A DNA stretch of 64,000 nucleotides from an uncultured virus (IMG/VR IMGVR_UViG_3300021959_000014). Lineage: Duplodnaviria; Heunggongvirae; Uroviricota; Caudoviricetes. Positions 38,195-47,030 of the stretch are shown here, in pieces. The position numbers and the translations under genes were made by a program. Below the pieces are notes generated by a model. It did not search any database. It was not told where the DNA came from and worked only from the letters and a program-made list of their open reading frames with translations. Every line of letters begins with the position of its first letter. Position 1 is the first letter of the stretch. The stretch lies in IMG/VR virus record IMGVR_UViG_3300021959_000014; one strand, written 5' to 3'.

Positions 38195-38225
38195 AATATT
38201 CTTTTTTTAGATTAATAATTATACT

Positions 38226-38257
38226 TAAATATACGAAATTTATCTTTGTGAGGCAAC
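38226..38257 (-). promoter_or_regulatory. Early-type promoter
   Basis: GTTG-N20-TATATTTA. Confidence 0.75.
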
Positions 38258-38274
38258 TAACTCACTAACTATTT

Positions 38275-38472
38275 TTATAGAGTTTCATACTCTATATCCT
38301 CTACAAACCTAACCATTAGGAATTCTTCTCCTGCTCTTAAGACATGGTCACAATGTAACATATCTCTCCATGCTTTAAGTCCCTCCATATTTCCATTAAC
38401 TTGAGATACTTTAATCCTTCTAATTAATTGAAACATTTCTCCATTAAATTCTACTACTTTATAGTTAGCCAT
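38275..38472 (-). CDS. Hypothetical protein
   Basis: ORF track. Confidence 0.6.
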   Translation of the reverse strand: MANYKVVEFNGEMFQLIRRIKVSQVNGNMEGLKAWRDMLHCDHVLRAGEEFLMVRFVEDIEYETL

Positions 38473-38768
38473 TCCTTAACTTTTTTAATTAGTAGGTATG
38501 TGTCTATAATTTCATCGCTCATATCCCAAGACTCGTAATTCTTTAAACATTGCTCTAATGCAATCACCCATTGAGTAGAAGGTAAAGTAACTTCAAAAGT
38601 ATATTCATCTTCATCTTCAAAACCTATCGTAAATAGTTGTGCTGATTTCTTTTTGTTATTAAATGCTTCAGTAATACCTTCAACCATCAGGTTAGTAATA
38701 TCGTTATTATTTTTCTTAAAAGCCTGTGAGAATTCTTCTTGGTTTTTATATAGTAATTTCCTTTTCAT
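38454..38768 (-). CDS. Hypothetical protein
   Basis: ORF track. Confidence 0.65.
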   Translation of the reverse strand: MKRKLLYKNQEEFSQAFKKNNNDITNLMVEGITEAFNNKKKSAQLFTIGFEDEDEYTFEVTLPSTQWVIALEQCLKNYESWDMSDEIIDTYLLIKKVKEWLTIK

Positions 38769-38772
38769 TTAC

Positions 38773-39087
38773 CTATTGTCTTAACATTGATTGTTTATTC
38801 CTCTTATTTAATTCCTCACTTGGTACTATTTTACCATCATTTGTAAACGGCACCATGTAGTTAGTTCCCCAAGCGTAAATAGGGCCTTCATACTCATACG
38901 TTGTAAGAGGTACTTTAACGTTCCCATGTTCTACATAATCTGGAAGTGTTATCCTTCTCGGACCATTGAAAGATCTAAAATCGCTTGAAGTAACTCTATA
39001 CCATTTCTCATTTAAGAATATTTCTAACACACCTGCGGTATCAAAATCATACCTAATCTTTTCTGTTCTTCCTCTTTTCTCACCCAT
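38773..39087 (-). CDS. Hypothetical protein
   Basis: WYRVTSSDFRSFNGPRRI. Confidence 0.65.
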   Translation of the reverse strand: MGEKRGRTEKIRYDFDTAGVLEIFLNEKWYRVTSSDFRSFNGPRRITLPDYVEHGNVKVPLTTYEYEGPIYAWGTNYMVPFTNDGKIVPSEELNKRNKQSMLRQ

Positions 39088-39307
39088 TCCAATGTAGTAT
39101 GTTTTGTTCTAAATTCCATTTAACTAAATTGTTAAACTCTTCTGGGTATCCGAAGCCTTCATAAGCATCGTTCCATTCAAACAAAATAGAGTCTGCTATT
39201 GCTTCAATTCTATCATTTGATAATTCCGGAAGTTCTTCTCCCATAAGCTGCTTTTCAGCGATAAGGTCTATAACCTTTTGCACTGTTTTCATTTTATTTA
39301 ATACCAT
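39080..39307 (-). CDS. Hypothetical protein
   Basis: AAAGGTT-ATG leader. Confidence 0.6.
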   Translation of the reverse strand: MVLNKMKTVQKVIDLIAEKQLMGEELPELSNDRIEAIADSILFEWNDAYEGFGYPEEFNNLVKWNLEQNILHWNG

Positions 39308-39313
39308 AACCTT

Positions 39314-39595
39314 TTACTTATTTAAATAAACTTGGATTTCTTTATTAACAGCCTCTTCTAACACTAAAGCAGCATCTCTAACAGCATACTCTTCATCACT
39401 AAATCCAGGACCCATTCTCATAGCATCATTAAACATAACGTCAAAATCTCTACGCATTAATGATCCTTCAAAATCTCCAATATTAAATGTGAAATAGCTT
39501 CCTTGATCATTGTCAAAGTTTTCAGCTTTAAATTTACTTTCTAGTAAGTTAATAACTTCTTTTGTCTGTAATCTTTTTAACTCTGTTTTTGTCAT
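39314..39595 (-). CDS. Hypothetical early protein
   Basis: Promoter and leader upstream. Confidence 0.7.
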   Translation of the reverse strand: MTKTELKRLQTKEVINLLESKFKAENFDNDQGSYFTFNIGDFEGSLMRRDFDVMFNDAMRMGPGFSDEEYAVRDAALVLEEAVNKEIQVYLNK

Positions 39596-39628
39596 AACCT
39601 TTATTTTAATTACCTAATCATTTATATC

Positions 39629-39660
39629 TAAATATACGAAATATTTAGTTAAGAAGCAAC
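39629..39660 (-). promoter_or_regulatory. Early-type promoter
   Basis: GTTG-N20-TATATTTA. Confidence 0.75.
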
Positions 39661-40226
39661 TTATACCCACTAAACTTTTCCATATATAAAGTTATAGAAG
39701 TCCCAAATCCATCTTGAAATTCAAATCCAGATTTAAAAAACTTACGAACGTTTCCCTGTCCTCCTAAATGTGCTGCTGCTAGAATTCCAGATTCTGTTAT
39801 AAGTACTCCGTGTATAACTTGTCCTTCATATTTACGAATATACCTCTTAAGTTTCTTTTTGTTGTGTCTGAGTAGAGCATCCATAGCTTGTTCTTGTATC
39901 TTTGGATTATTTAAAAATTCTTCTTTTGTAACTTTAAATCCCAACCCTTTAAGTGTTGCCATTCCAAATTGATATCTACCCATGTACCCGTAACTGTTAA
40001 CAATTGTGTATTTATTTCCGGACTCTTTAAAACCTAAGTCATTTAGGAAAGCGTAATGATCTTTAGCTTTAGGCAGTTCTTTAATTTCTATACTTTTAAT
40101 CTCTAAAGGTTGTATAGGTTTAGATTTTAATACTGTAACTCTTTGTACTTTAGTTGCTTTATAGGTTAAAGCTGTGAGTGTACAGAATAGAATTGAACAT
40201 AGTAATAACATTAACATTCTTTTCAT
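39645..40226 (-). CDS. Lysozyme-like/lytic transglycosylase with N-terminal signal or anchor
   Basis: FKESGNKY..N..GYMGRYQFG..LAAAHLGG. Confidence 0.75.
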   Translation of the reverse strand: MKRMLMLLLCSILFCTLTALTYKATKVQRVTVLKSKPIQPLEIKSIEIKELPKAKDHYAFLNDLGFKESGNKYTIVNSYGYMGRYQFGMATLKGLGFKVTKEEFLNNPKIQEQAMDALLRHNKKKLKRYIRKYEGQVIHGVLITESGILAAAHLGGQGNVRKFFKSGFEFQDGFGTSITLYMEKFSGYKLLLN

Positions 40227-40240
40227 AATAGTGTTTTTAG

Positions 40241-40390
40241 TTAAAATAAATCTAAGAAAGAGGTATTGATATTTTTCTCACGTAACTTTTCATTACGTTC
40301 ATGTTGCCTTACTAGATCATCAGCAACTTTTCTTTCGAGAGGTTTCTTTTTTTTAAAAGTAGAAAGTTTGTTTTTTTTCTTCTTAGCCAT
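40241..40390 (-). CDS. Small basic protein (49 aa)
   Basis: MAKKKKNK...SFLDLF; translated by hand. Confidence 0.5.
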   Translation of the reverse strand: MAKKKKNKLSTFKKKKPLERKVADDLVRQHERNEKLREKNINTSFLDLF

Positions 40391-40485
40391 ATTTTTATAA
40401 TTTATGCCAAGGTTTAATCCAATACTCCCAAATTATTTGTTTTACTTTTTTCATTTTGTAATTATACATTTACTAATAAATATTA

Positions 40486-41115
40486 TTATTGTCTAGATAT
40501 AAACTCTTCTCCGGGTTTTTCTTCTTCATATAGTCCTAGTTCTTTTAAATGCTCTATATGATGCTCGTCTAACTCCCAATCAGGTTCGTCTACTTTGGTT
40601 TTAACGTAATCTTCCATTGCCTCTGCTTGTTTCTCTTCAATTGGATCTACCGCATAAAGAAAAGAACAATTATAGCAGAGGAACTCTAAATTGTCTAAAT
40701 GATAGTTTTTCTTGTTACCGTCCTTAAAACTTAGTATTACTGGAACTTTTGTGTCTGTTACTCTTCTCTCTGTAAATCCACAATTGGCACAGATCTCTTC
40801 AATCATTCCTTCGAAGATTAATCTCTGTTTAATTTTTTTAGCATCAAAGTGTTCTACTGGGATTCTACCTTCTATGAGATCAATGAGGGGAGGTTCTTTC
40901 CCTCCGTTTGTTAAGAACTTTGGTATGCCCTTCCCCTCTTGATTCATATGAGCCTCTAATAAAGTCTGACCTTCATCGTTCTTGTACATCTTTGCGTACT
41001 TCTTATAGTGGTTATATGACACATGCAGGTACCTAGCTGCTGCCATATTCGAACGAGTCATCTTCTGAGCTCTTAGCATTGCTTCTTTGCTAATTATTTT
41101 AGACGGTCTTGCCAT
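40486..41115 (-). CDS. HTH plus degenerate HNH-like protein
   Basis: AAARYLHVSY; CANCG..SFKDGNKKN..NLEFLCYNCS. Confidence 0.65.
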   Translation of the reverse strand: MARPSKIISKEAMLRAQKMTRSNMAAARYLHVSYNHYKKYAKMYKNDEGQTLLEAHMNQEGKGIPKFLTNGGKEPPLIDLIEGRIPVEHFDAKKIKQRLIFEGMIEEICANCGFTERRVTDTKVPVILSFKDGNKKNYHLDNLEFLCYNCSFLYAVDPIEEKQAEAMEDYVKTKVDEPDWELDEHHIEHLKELGLYEEEKPGEEFISRQ

Positions 41116-41529
41116 TTAGTAGTCAATTCCTTTTATCATACCTGTAATGTCTGTATCAGGATCTTTATGTTGATCATCAGTTACAATATTATCACCATTC
41201 AAATCCTCATCCATTATCTCAGTAACTTTATCTCTTATTACTTGTTCCTGTTTATCATCATCTCTATCTAAATCTAAAAGTTCTAATGCAGAATGAGACG
41301 ACCTACCGGATAACTCTGCTTCTTTTTTAGCAATTGCTACTGCTCTTTTACGAGGCATTATTATAATATCGTTGTATGTATGGTCTCCTGTTCCTTCAAT
41401 AGTTGTAATACCTACTACAGCTTCTTCAGTAGAGCAATTAACACAGGTATGGTAACCAAATTTAGTTTTTCTTAGTTCAGGAAAGTCTTCGCCACATACC
41501 GGGCATGGTATCATTTTTAAGTTTTGCAT
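41116..41529 (-). CDS. Zinc-finger protein (DksA/TraR-like C4)
   Basis: CPVCGEDFPELR...CVNCS. Confidence 0.6.
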   Translation of the reverse strand: MQNLKMIPCPVCGEDFPELRKTKFGYHTCVNCSTEEAVVGITTIEGTGDHTYNDIIIMPRKRAVAIAKKEAELSGRSSHSALELLDLDRDDDKQEQVIRDKVTEIMDEDLNGDNIVTDDQHKDPDTDITGMIKGIDY

Positions 41530-41557
41530 ATATAACCGTTTTTAAATTATTAATATA

Positions 41558-41589
41558 TAAATATACGAATTTAAAATTGAATAAGCAAC
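41558..41589 (-). promoter_or_regulatory. Early-type promoter
   Basis: GTTG-N20-TATATTTA. Confidence 0.7.
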
Positions 41590-41590
41590 T

Positions 41591-41989
41591 TTATTTAAAT
41601 AAGTTTATAACTTCCCATACATCTTTAGGTTCTTTAAATTCGACTATTTTTGTATCGTCTTTTATCTGTAACTCAATTGTTCCGTCCCACTGTTTATCTG
41701 GGAATAGCTCATAGAGGTATAGTTGAATTAGGGAAAGTTGCTCTTGATTGAAGTGTAATCTGAATAGGTTTTCTATAACTCTGAAGTATGCATCTTCGAA
41801 TGCTACTGTATCTATTCCTATCTCTGTTGCAAGGAACTGACTTCTATCCTGTATCTCTGTCATACCTTTCATGGTATCAATAAACAAACTTTTATTTATT
41901 TGCTCAGGGGTAGGTGTCAGCGATTTTATATTAAACCGTAGATTCAGTGACTTCTTTAGAATTTTTCTTATTTGCTTTTTATCCTTCAT
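41591..41989 (-). CDS. Hypothetical protein
   Basis: ORF track. Confidence 0.65.
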   Translation of the reverse strand: MKDKKQIRKILKKSLNLRFNIKSLTPTPEQINKSLFIDTMKGMTEIQDRSQFLATEIGIDTVAFEDAYFRVIENLFRLHFNQEQLSLIQLYLYELFPDKQWDGTIELQIKDDTKIVEFKEPKDVWEVINLFK

Positions 41990-42341
41990 CTGATAAACTA
42001 GTTGGGTTTTGACCTGAAAGAGCCTTCCTAACTATTTTATCGAAGTATTCTATATAGACGAAGAATCCTATGATTGTTTTATCCTTTAAGTTTCTGTCTC
42101 TCTCAACTCTTAATTCATAATCCGTTAAGCCATCTTCTAGTCTTTTTTCTAGTTCAATTGCTATATCGTTCTGTTCCGTAGGTGTTATGCCGCCAAAACT
42201 AGTAGGTAAGAATTGTATCTTTAATCCTTTTTTCTGAGGATCTTCGTTTACATCTACTTTAAGGAGAAACTTATGCCCAGCAAAATTGATTTTAGCAGCT
42301 TCACTTAATACATCTTTTATTAATGTTTCTATTTTATTCAT
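41979..42341 (-). CDS. Hypothetical late protein
   Basis: MNKIETLIKDVLSE leader; TATTTATA at 42365-42372. Confidence 0.65.
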   Translation of the reverse strand: MNKIETLIKDVLSEAAKINFAGHKFLLKVDVNEDPQKKGLKIQFLPTSFGGITPTEQNDIAIELEKRLEDGLTDYELRVERDRNLKDKTIIGFFVYIEYFDKIVRKALSGQNPTSLSDEG

Positions 42342-42383
42342 AGGTTTTGTATTTTTTGTACTATTATAAATAGTAGTGTTTAT

Positions 42384-43265
42384 TTAAAATGTTTCGTGTT
42401 CGATGTCAATTTGTGAGAAGCCCCATGTGTCAGGGTTTGTAGATTCTTGCTGGAGAGTTACTGCTCTGTTTATGTCGTTTGACTTCTTATTAACTCCGTC
42501 AGCAATTCCTCCGCCTCCCCAACCTTTTGAACCGTGATTGATATGAAACAACGGTGGAGAATATGCTCCAGTTAATCTATGTCCTTTGAGTGCTGCTTTC
42601 TTCTGCACGTTAGTATCAGCAAAAAGTGGGTATATTAACTCTTCTTCAAAACCTTTGATATCATCCCATACTTGAGCAGGAGCTAATTGAAAGTCTCCAC
42701 AGCAGTTTATAATGCTGTATTCATCTCCTGGTGTTGTTTTTTCTTGCATGTTACGGGGAGTTGAATTAACATATGCATAGTCTCTAAATGCACTCCAATT
42801 AGAGAAGTTATAATCTCCTCCTTGGAAGTTTTTAATTTCTTCCCATTCTAATGGTCTCCTACTAACAGTTGTAAAAAATCCTTCTGTACCTTTATCCTGT
42901 ATCAACTTAATAATATCTTCTCTTTTAGGTTGTATAATATCTATGTTTGTTGATACAATATAATCTCCGGTTGCTCTTCTAATACCTATATTACGAGCTA
43001 ACACTTCACAGCATTTTTGTGCATGTGGATCACTATTAGTAAGCTGTGCTGCTACGTCGGGAGGTATGACTATATGTTTTAGATTACCTTTAACATCTAG
43101 GTTATCTTCTATATCGTAAAGTAAACTACCTTTATCAGAGTTCCAATCTACGTAAATTACTTCGTCGTAAGTATGTATAGCTGAGTTTATTGCGTATGTA
43201 GCTCTTTCATTTAAATGTCCTCCGTAGTTATCATTACGGGATACTATTATTGCTGATAGTTTCAT
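42384..43265 (-). CDS. GT-A fold glycosyltransferase (GT2-like), start corrected to MKLSAII
   Basis: SRNDNYGG, EVIYVDWNS, ARNIGIRRATGDY..TNIDI, GDFQL, GFEE. Confidence 0.8.
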   Translation of the reverse strand: MKLSAIIVSRNDNYGGHLNERATYAINSAIHTYDEVIYVDWNSDKGSLLYDIEDNLDVKGNLKHIVIPPDVAAQLTNSDPHAQKCCEVLARNIGIRRATGDYIVSTNIDIIQPKREDIIKLIQDKGTEGFFTTVSRRPLEWEEIKNFQGGDYNFSNWSAFRDYAYVNSTPRNMQEKTTPGDEYSIINCCGDFQLAPAQVWDDIKGFEEELIYPLFADTNVQKKAALKGHRLTGAYSPPLFHINHGSKGWGGGGIADGVNKKSNDINRAVTLQQESTNPDTWGFSQIDIEHETF

Positions 43266-44212
43266 ATTTCTATATCTTTTACAAATTGATTTCTCCAAAC
43301 ATCCCAAAACTTTTGACTCTTTTGAGGAAGGTAGTTATAGTAGTTACTTAGATCGTTTATTAGTTTCAAAGTATTTCTATACCCAATAACTTCATTTTCT
43401 AAATTAGTTACTAGGTCTTGTTCGTTTCTATCTTGATACACAGAAGCTTTGTTATATACTACTGAACGTGGAAAATAGAGTTGAACTATATAAGCACCCC
43501 ATATGTCGTCCATTCTACCTGCATGTGGAAGTACTGAGTAGTACGGTATAACATCTCTATGTAAAAAAGTATTTTGAGAATTAAAAGGTGCTATTTGATT
43601 AGATCCAAATGGTTTAAATTTAGTAAACTTACAGACTGGCATTTTACTTAACCTGCAGAGAGCATCTATATCAGGATCACCATCCCAAAAATCAGCTTGT
43701 ATAAGCACTTTTCTTTCTGTCTTACCTTTATACTCTATTTCATTTTTACTAGGTACACACTCTATTGGATACCCTCTATGCCATAAGTCATTATGGTTAG
43801 TAGGAGAAATAGGATCAAACACATTATAAATCTTATGGTCATATAAATCTATTTCTCTATATTGACCTACCATAACATCATCTCCCCAAGTGTCATATGG
43901 TATATTATCATCATCAACAGTAGCTATAATTTCTGCTCCTCTATCATATGCAAGAAGTAAACCTATATTTCTCCTTTGAATACTCTTCCATCCAATAGCT
44001 TGACTTAAAGCAGGGTATAATTGCTCCTGTTCCTCTGGAGTAATATATTCGAAGTTATCATAGTTCTCTTGTAACTTAAAATACTGACTGTGAGGTGTTT
44101 TTGTATCTCCTATGATTATAAATTTCCAACCTTTCTTATCTGCTAACTTACAAAACTTCCTTGTAGCTATTGTTGGAGGATTAATTGTTGTTGTTACTAT
44201 ATATCTATTCAT
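43262..44212 (-). CDS. STELLO/RGP(GT75)-like glycosyltransferase or NDP-sugar mutase
   Basis: IVTTTINPPT, IGDTKTP, RRNIG.L.A, VDDDN, RGYP, GDPDIDA, PFNSQNT, RMDDIW. Confidence 0.75.
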   Translation of the reverse strand: MNRYIVTTTINPPTIATRKFCKLADKKGWKFIIIGDTKTPHSQYFKLQENYDNFEYITPEEQEQLYPALSQAIGWKSIQRRNIGLLLAYDRGAEIIATVDDDNIPYDTWGDDVMVGQYREIDLYDHKIYNVFDPISPTNHNDLWHRGYPIECVPSKNEIEYKGKTERKVLIQADFWDGDPDIDALCRLSKMPVCKFTKFKPFGSNQIAPFNSQNTFLHRDVIPYYSVLPHAGRMDDIWGAYIVQLYFPRSVVYNKASVYQDRNEQDLVTNLENEVIGYRNTLKLINDLSNYYNYLPQKSQKFWDVWRNQFVKDIEI

Positions 44213-45280
44213 TTATTTTTGTGTGTTAATCCATTTAAAAGTTTCTTTCATTCCTTCAACTAATGATTGAGAAGGTTCCCATCCCATCTTCTCTTTAAAC
44301 AATTTATTATCAGAGTTTCTTCCTCTTACTCCGACAGGGCAAGGGAAACCGTACTTATCAATAAAGTCTTGACCTTGTATGTTATTGATTATAATATCTT
44401 TTCCGGAACAATTAATAGCTATATTAGCAAGCTCATTTATTGTAACCATTTCCTCTGAACCTATATTGACTGGGCCAGCAAATTCTTCTTGTCTCATAAA
44501 CCTTAACATAGCTTCTATACATTCATCAACATATAAAAAGGATCTAGTCTGTAACCCATCACCCCATACTTCCATTTCAGTATCTGCTTCTGCAGCTTTA
44601 CGGCACATAGCAGCAGGTGCTTTTTCTTTTCCGCCAGTCCAAGTTCCTTGAGGTCCAAATATATTATGAAACCTTGCAACTCTAACACTTAATTTATAAT
44701 TCCTAGCAAAAGCTAAAAATAATCTTTCACTAAATAGTTTTTCCCATCCGTATTCTGAATCTGGGTCAGCTGGATAAGCAGAGCTTTCCTCACAGTTAGG
44801 GTTATCAGGATCTAATTGATTATGTTCTGGGTACATACAAGCTGAAGAGGAGTAGAATATTCTTTTTACTCTTGTCTTGCTTGCCTCTAGTACTGTATTA
44901 AGGTTTACTAATGCTGAATTATGCATAATATTTGCATCATTCTCTCCTGTAAAGATGTAACCAGCACCTCCCATATCAGCTGCTAATTGGTAAACTTCAT
45001 CAAAAGAGTCTATAACCGTGAAAGGTTGTTTCTGTAAACTGTAATCGTAAATTACATCTGTATGATTTGGGTCACGTTCTACTCTGAATGCTGCTGCAAC
45101 AATTGAAGCTTCTCTTAAGTCACCAGAAACATAATTATCGCATATAAGTCCATGGTTCCAAAATTCATGTTTTGATTTAATATCTACAACTCGTACATAG
45201 TAGTCTTCTTCTTTTAATCGTTTTGCTAAGTGACCTCCTATAAAACCACCACCACCTAGTACTAATGCTGTTTTTCTCAT
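44213..45280 (-). CDS. NAD-dependent epimerase, GDP-mannose 3,5-epimerase-like
   Basis: GGGGFIG, LAADMGG, SSACMYP, YGWEK, GGKEKAPAAMCRK, GVRGRNSDN. Confidence 0.88.
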   Translation of the reverse strand: MRKTALVLGGGGFIGGHLAKRLKEEDYYVRVVDIKSKHEFWNHGLICDNYVSGDLREASIVAAAFRVERDPNHTDVIYDYSLQKQPFTVIDSFDEVYQLAADMGGAGYIFTGENDANIMHNSALVNLNTVLEASKTRVKRIFYSSSACMYPEHNQLDPDNPNCEESSAYPADPDSEYGWEKLFSERLFLAFARNYKLSVRVARFHNIFGPQGTWTGGKEKAPAAMCRKAAEADTEMEVWGDGLQTRSFLYVDECIEAMLRFMRQEEFAGPVNIGSEEMVTINELANIAINCSGKDIIINNIQGQDFIDKYGFPCPVGVRGRNSDNKLFKEKMGWEPSQSLVEGMKETFKWINTQK

Positions 45281-45295
45281 AACTTTGTTTGTTTT

Positions 45296-45949
45296 TTAAA
45301 ATGTACTTTTAATTATATTTTCATTACTTTTTTTCCTTAATACTATCTGGTAACCTGTTGCGATAGTATCGTATATGTTTTGATACATTGTTGCAAATGT
45401 TCTAATACCAAACTCAGGAGAAGATACTAGTTCTGGTTGTGCAGGGTCTTTCCAGCCAAAATCATCAAATATTAATAAGCCACCATCTTTTAACATTTTA
45501 TTAGCATAGTATGCATCTACAAATGTATCATCTGCTCTATGAGAAGCATCTACATATACAAAATCGTACTGTCTCTCTTTATCCACAAGGGTTGGTAGAA
45601 TTTGCTGAGATATACCTCTGTGTATATTAAAGTTAATATCCTTGAAAAATGATATGTTATGTTTAAAGTTATCGTAGATTATATTATTATTTTTATCTAA
45701 CCTATTCATTGTTTCTTTCATACCGGACTCCGCTTCTGATCCTCCAAATGTATCTACTACATCGTAATTAGCATTAGCTTTAAGAACCTTTTCACAAAGG
45801 TACACTGTTGCTCTTCCTTCATAACAACCTATCTCTAAGACATTTTCTATATTAATATCGTCTTTAAATTTGTCAAAGACTTGATTCCATAGTTCAATTG
45901 AATTATCAAACCATGTTTCATTAAATTTATATTTAGTATCGTACATCAT
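45296..45949 (-). CDS. Class I SAM-dependent methyltransferase (glycan-modifying type)
   Basis: LEIGCYEGR, VDTF, DFVYVDASH, GGLLIFDDF.W. Confidence 0.85.
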   Translation of the reverse strand: MMYDTKYKFNETWFDNSIELWNQVFDKFKDDINIENVLEIGCYEGRATVYLCEKVLKANANYDVVDTFGGSEAESGMKETMNRLDKNNNIIYDNFKHNISFFKDINFNIHRGISQQILPTLVDKERQYDFVYVDASHRADDTFVDAYYANKMLKDGGLLIFDDFGWKDPAQPELVSSPEFGIRTFATMYQNIYDTIATGYQIVLRKKSNENIIKSTF

Positions 45950-45952
45950 ATC

Positions 45953-46573
45953 TTAAAGGGTATCATAATAGTTATTTTGAGCTTCCTGTCGGTTAATATC
46001 TTTTTTATGTTCTAATGAATACTGTTCTAAAAGCGGTAACTTTACAAAAGTATTAAAACCTTCTAACACTTCGTGTACCTTATTAACCCATTTAATCTCA
46101 GGTATATTTTTCCAAATCCTCATTTGATAATCTGGCCAATTAACCCAACCTTTTTCATTTACATTCCATCTCCACTTTTGGATATGCTCATCAGTTAAAC
46201 CTTCAACTGTATTGACTCTTGGGACTAGTATAGTCTCTACAGCATTACTTTCTAGTACCTGAGGGAATGTTTTTAGTAAAAACTCTGAAGGAATTTCATC
46301 TGCATCAATCTGGAATATATAATCTCCAGTACAAAAAGAACTAAGTAAATTCTTCCAGTCTGCAAAATGCCCTTTAAAAGATTTTGGATATGCTTTTATT
46401 AAATCTTGGCTCTGTAGACCTACTAAGTACTCCCATACTTCTGCAGTTCCTTTTTGTTTATCAAATAAGACTATTACCTCATCTTCTTCTCTGATATTGA
46501 GCATAAGTGTGGATATTAGTTTTTGAATCTCCTCATACTCATTACATACTGTTATTGCATAACTTATTTTCAT
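45953..46573 (-). CDS. Glycosyltransferase family 2
   Basis: ISYAITVCNE, FQIDADE, WPDYQ.R, VHE. Confidence 0.88.
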   Translation of the reverse strand: MKISYAITVCNEYEEIQKLISTLMLNIREEDEVIVLFDKQKGTAEVWEYLVGLQSQDLIKAYPKSFKGHFADWKNLLSSFCTGDYIFQIDADEIPSEFLLKTFPQVLESNAVETILVPRVNTVEGLTDEHIQKWRWNVNEKGWVNWPDYQMRIWKNIPEIKWVNKVHEVLEGFNTFVKLPLLEQYSLEHKKDINRQEAQNNYYDTL

Positions 46574-46575
46574 GC

Positions 46576-47025
46576 TTACTCTTTTGGTATTTCGTAAAAT
46601 CCTATCATTTCTAAAGCGTCCATAAAGTCACTGCGCTTAAACTCTTTTCCGTTTCTCATATCCATTCTATGAGTTTGACCAGATGGATACTTACCTAAAT
46701 CTTCTTTTGGAATCTCTATTGCATTTACTGCTTTCCATTTCCAATCCTCTTTACTTACTCCATCTAAGAAAACCATTCCTTTTTCTGGTAGAGTAATTGT
46801 AGCTGGAAACCATACTCTTTTTTCATTATCAATATGCAATAAATCTTTATATAGCTCAGGTGCTGTTTCTAATAAATCTTTTACTGATTTTGATCCTTCA
46901 GTCATTAATGTTGATGTTGTAAATCCGCTACCGAAACATAGCCACGTTTTAATCTCTTGTCCATCTTGTTCGAAACTTTGTTCGTAGCAGGCATTACTTC
47001 CAAACGGTCCTTGTACTAAATTCAT
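46576..47025 (-). CDS. Hypothetical protein in glycosylation cluster
   Basis: ORF track. Confidence 0.65.
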   Translation of the reverse strand: MNLVQGPFGSNACYEQSFEQDGQEIKTWLCFGSGFTTSTLMTEGSKSVKDLLETAPELYKDLLHIDNEKRVWFPATITLPEKGMVFLDGVSKEDWKWKAVNAIEIPKEDLGKYPSGQTHRMDMRNGKEFKRSDFMDALEMIGFYEIPKE

Positions 47026-47030
47026 ATTTA

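Noticed and set aside
24837..41589. Repeated intergenic sequences as a CRISPR array or integron attC sites
   Set aside because: Irregular spacing with whole genes between copies, no palindromic attC structure, and no cas operon or integrase in the window; better explained as promoters and leaders
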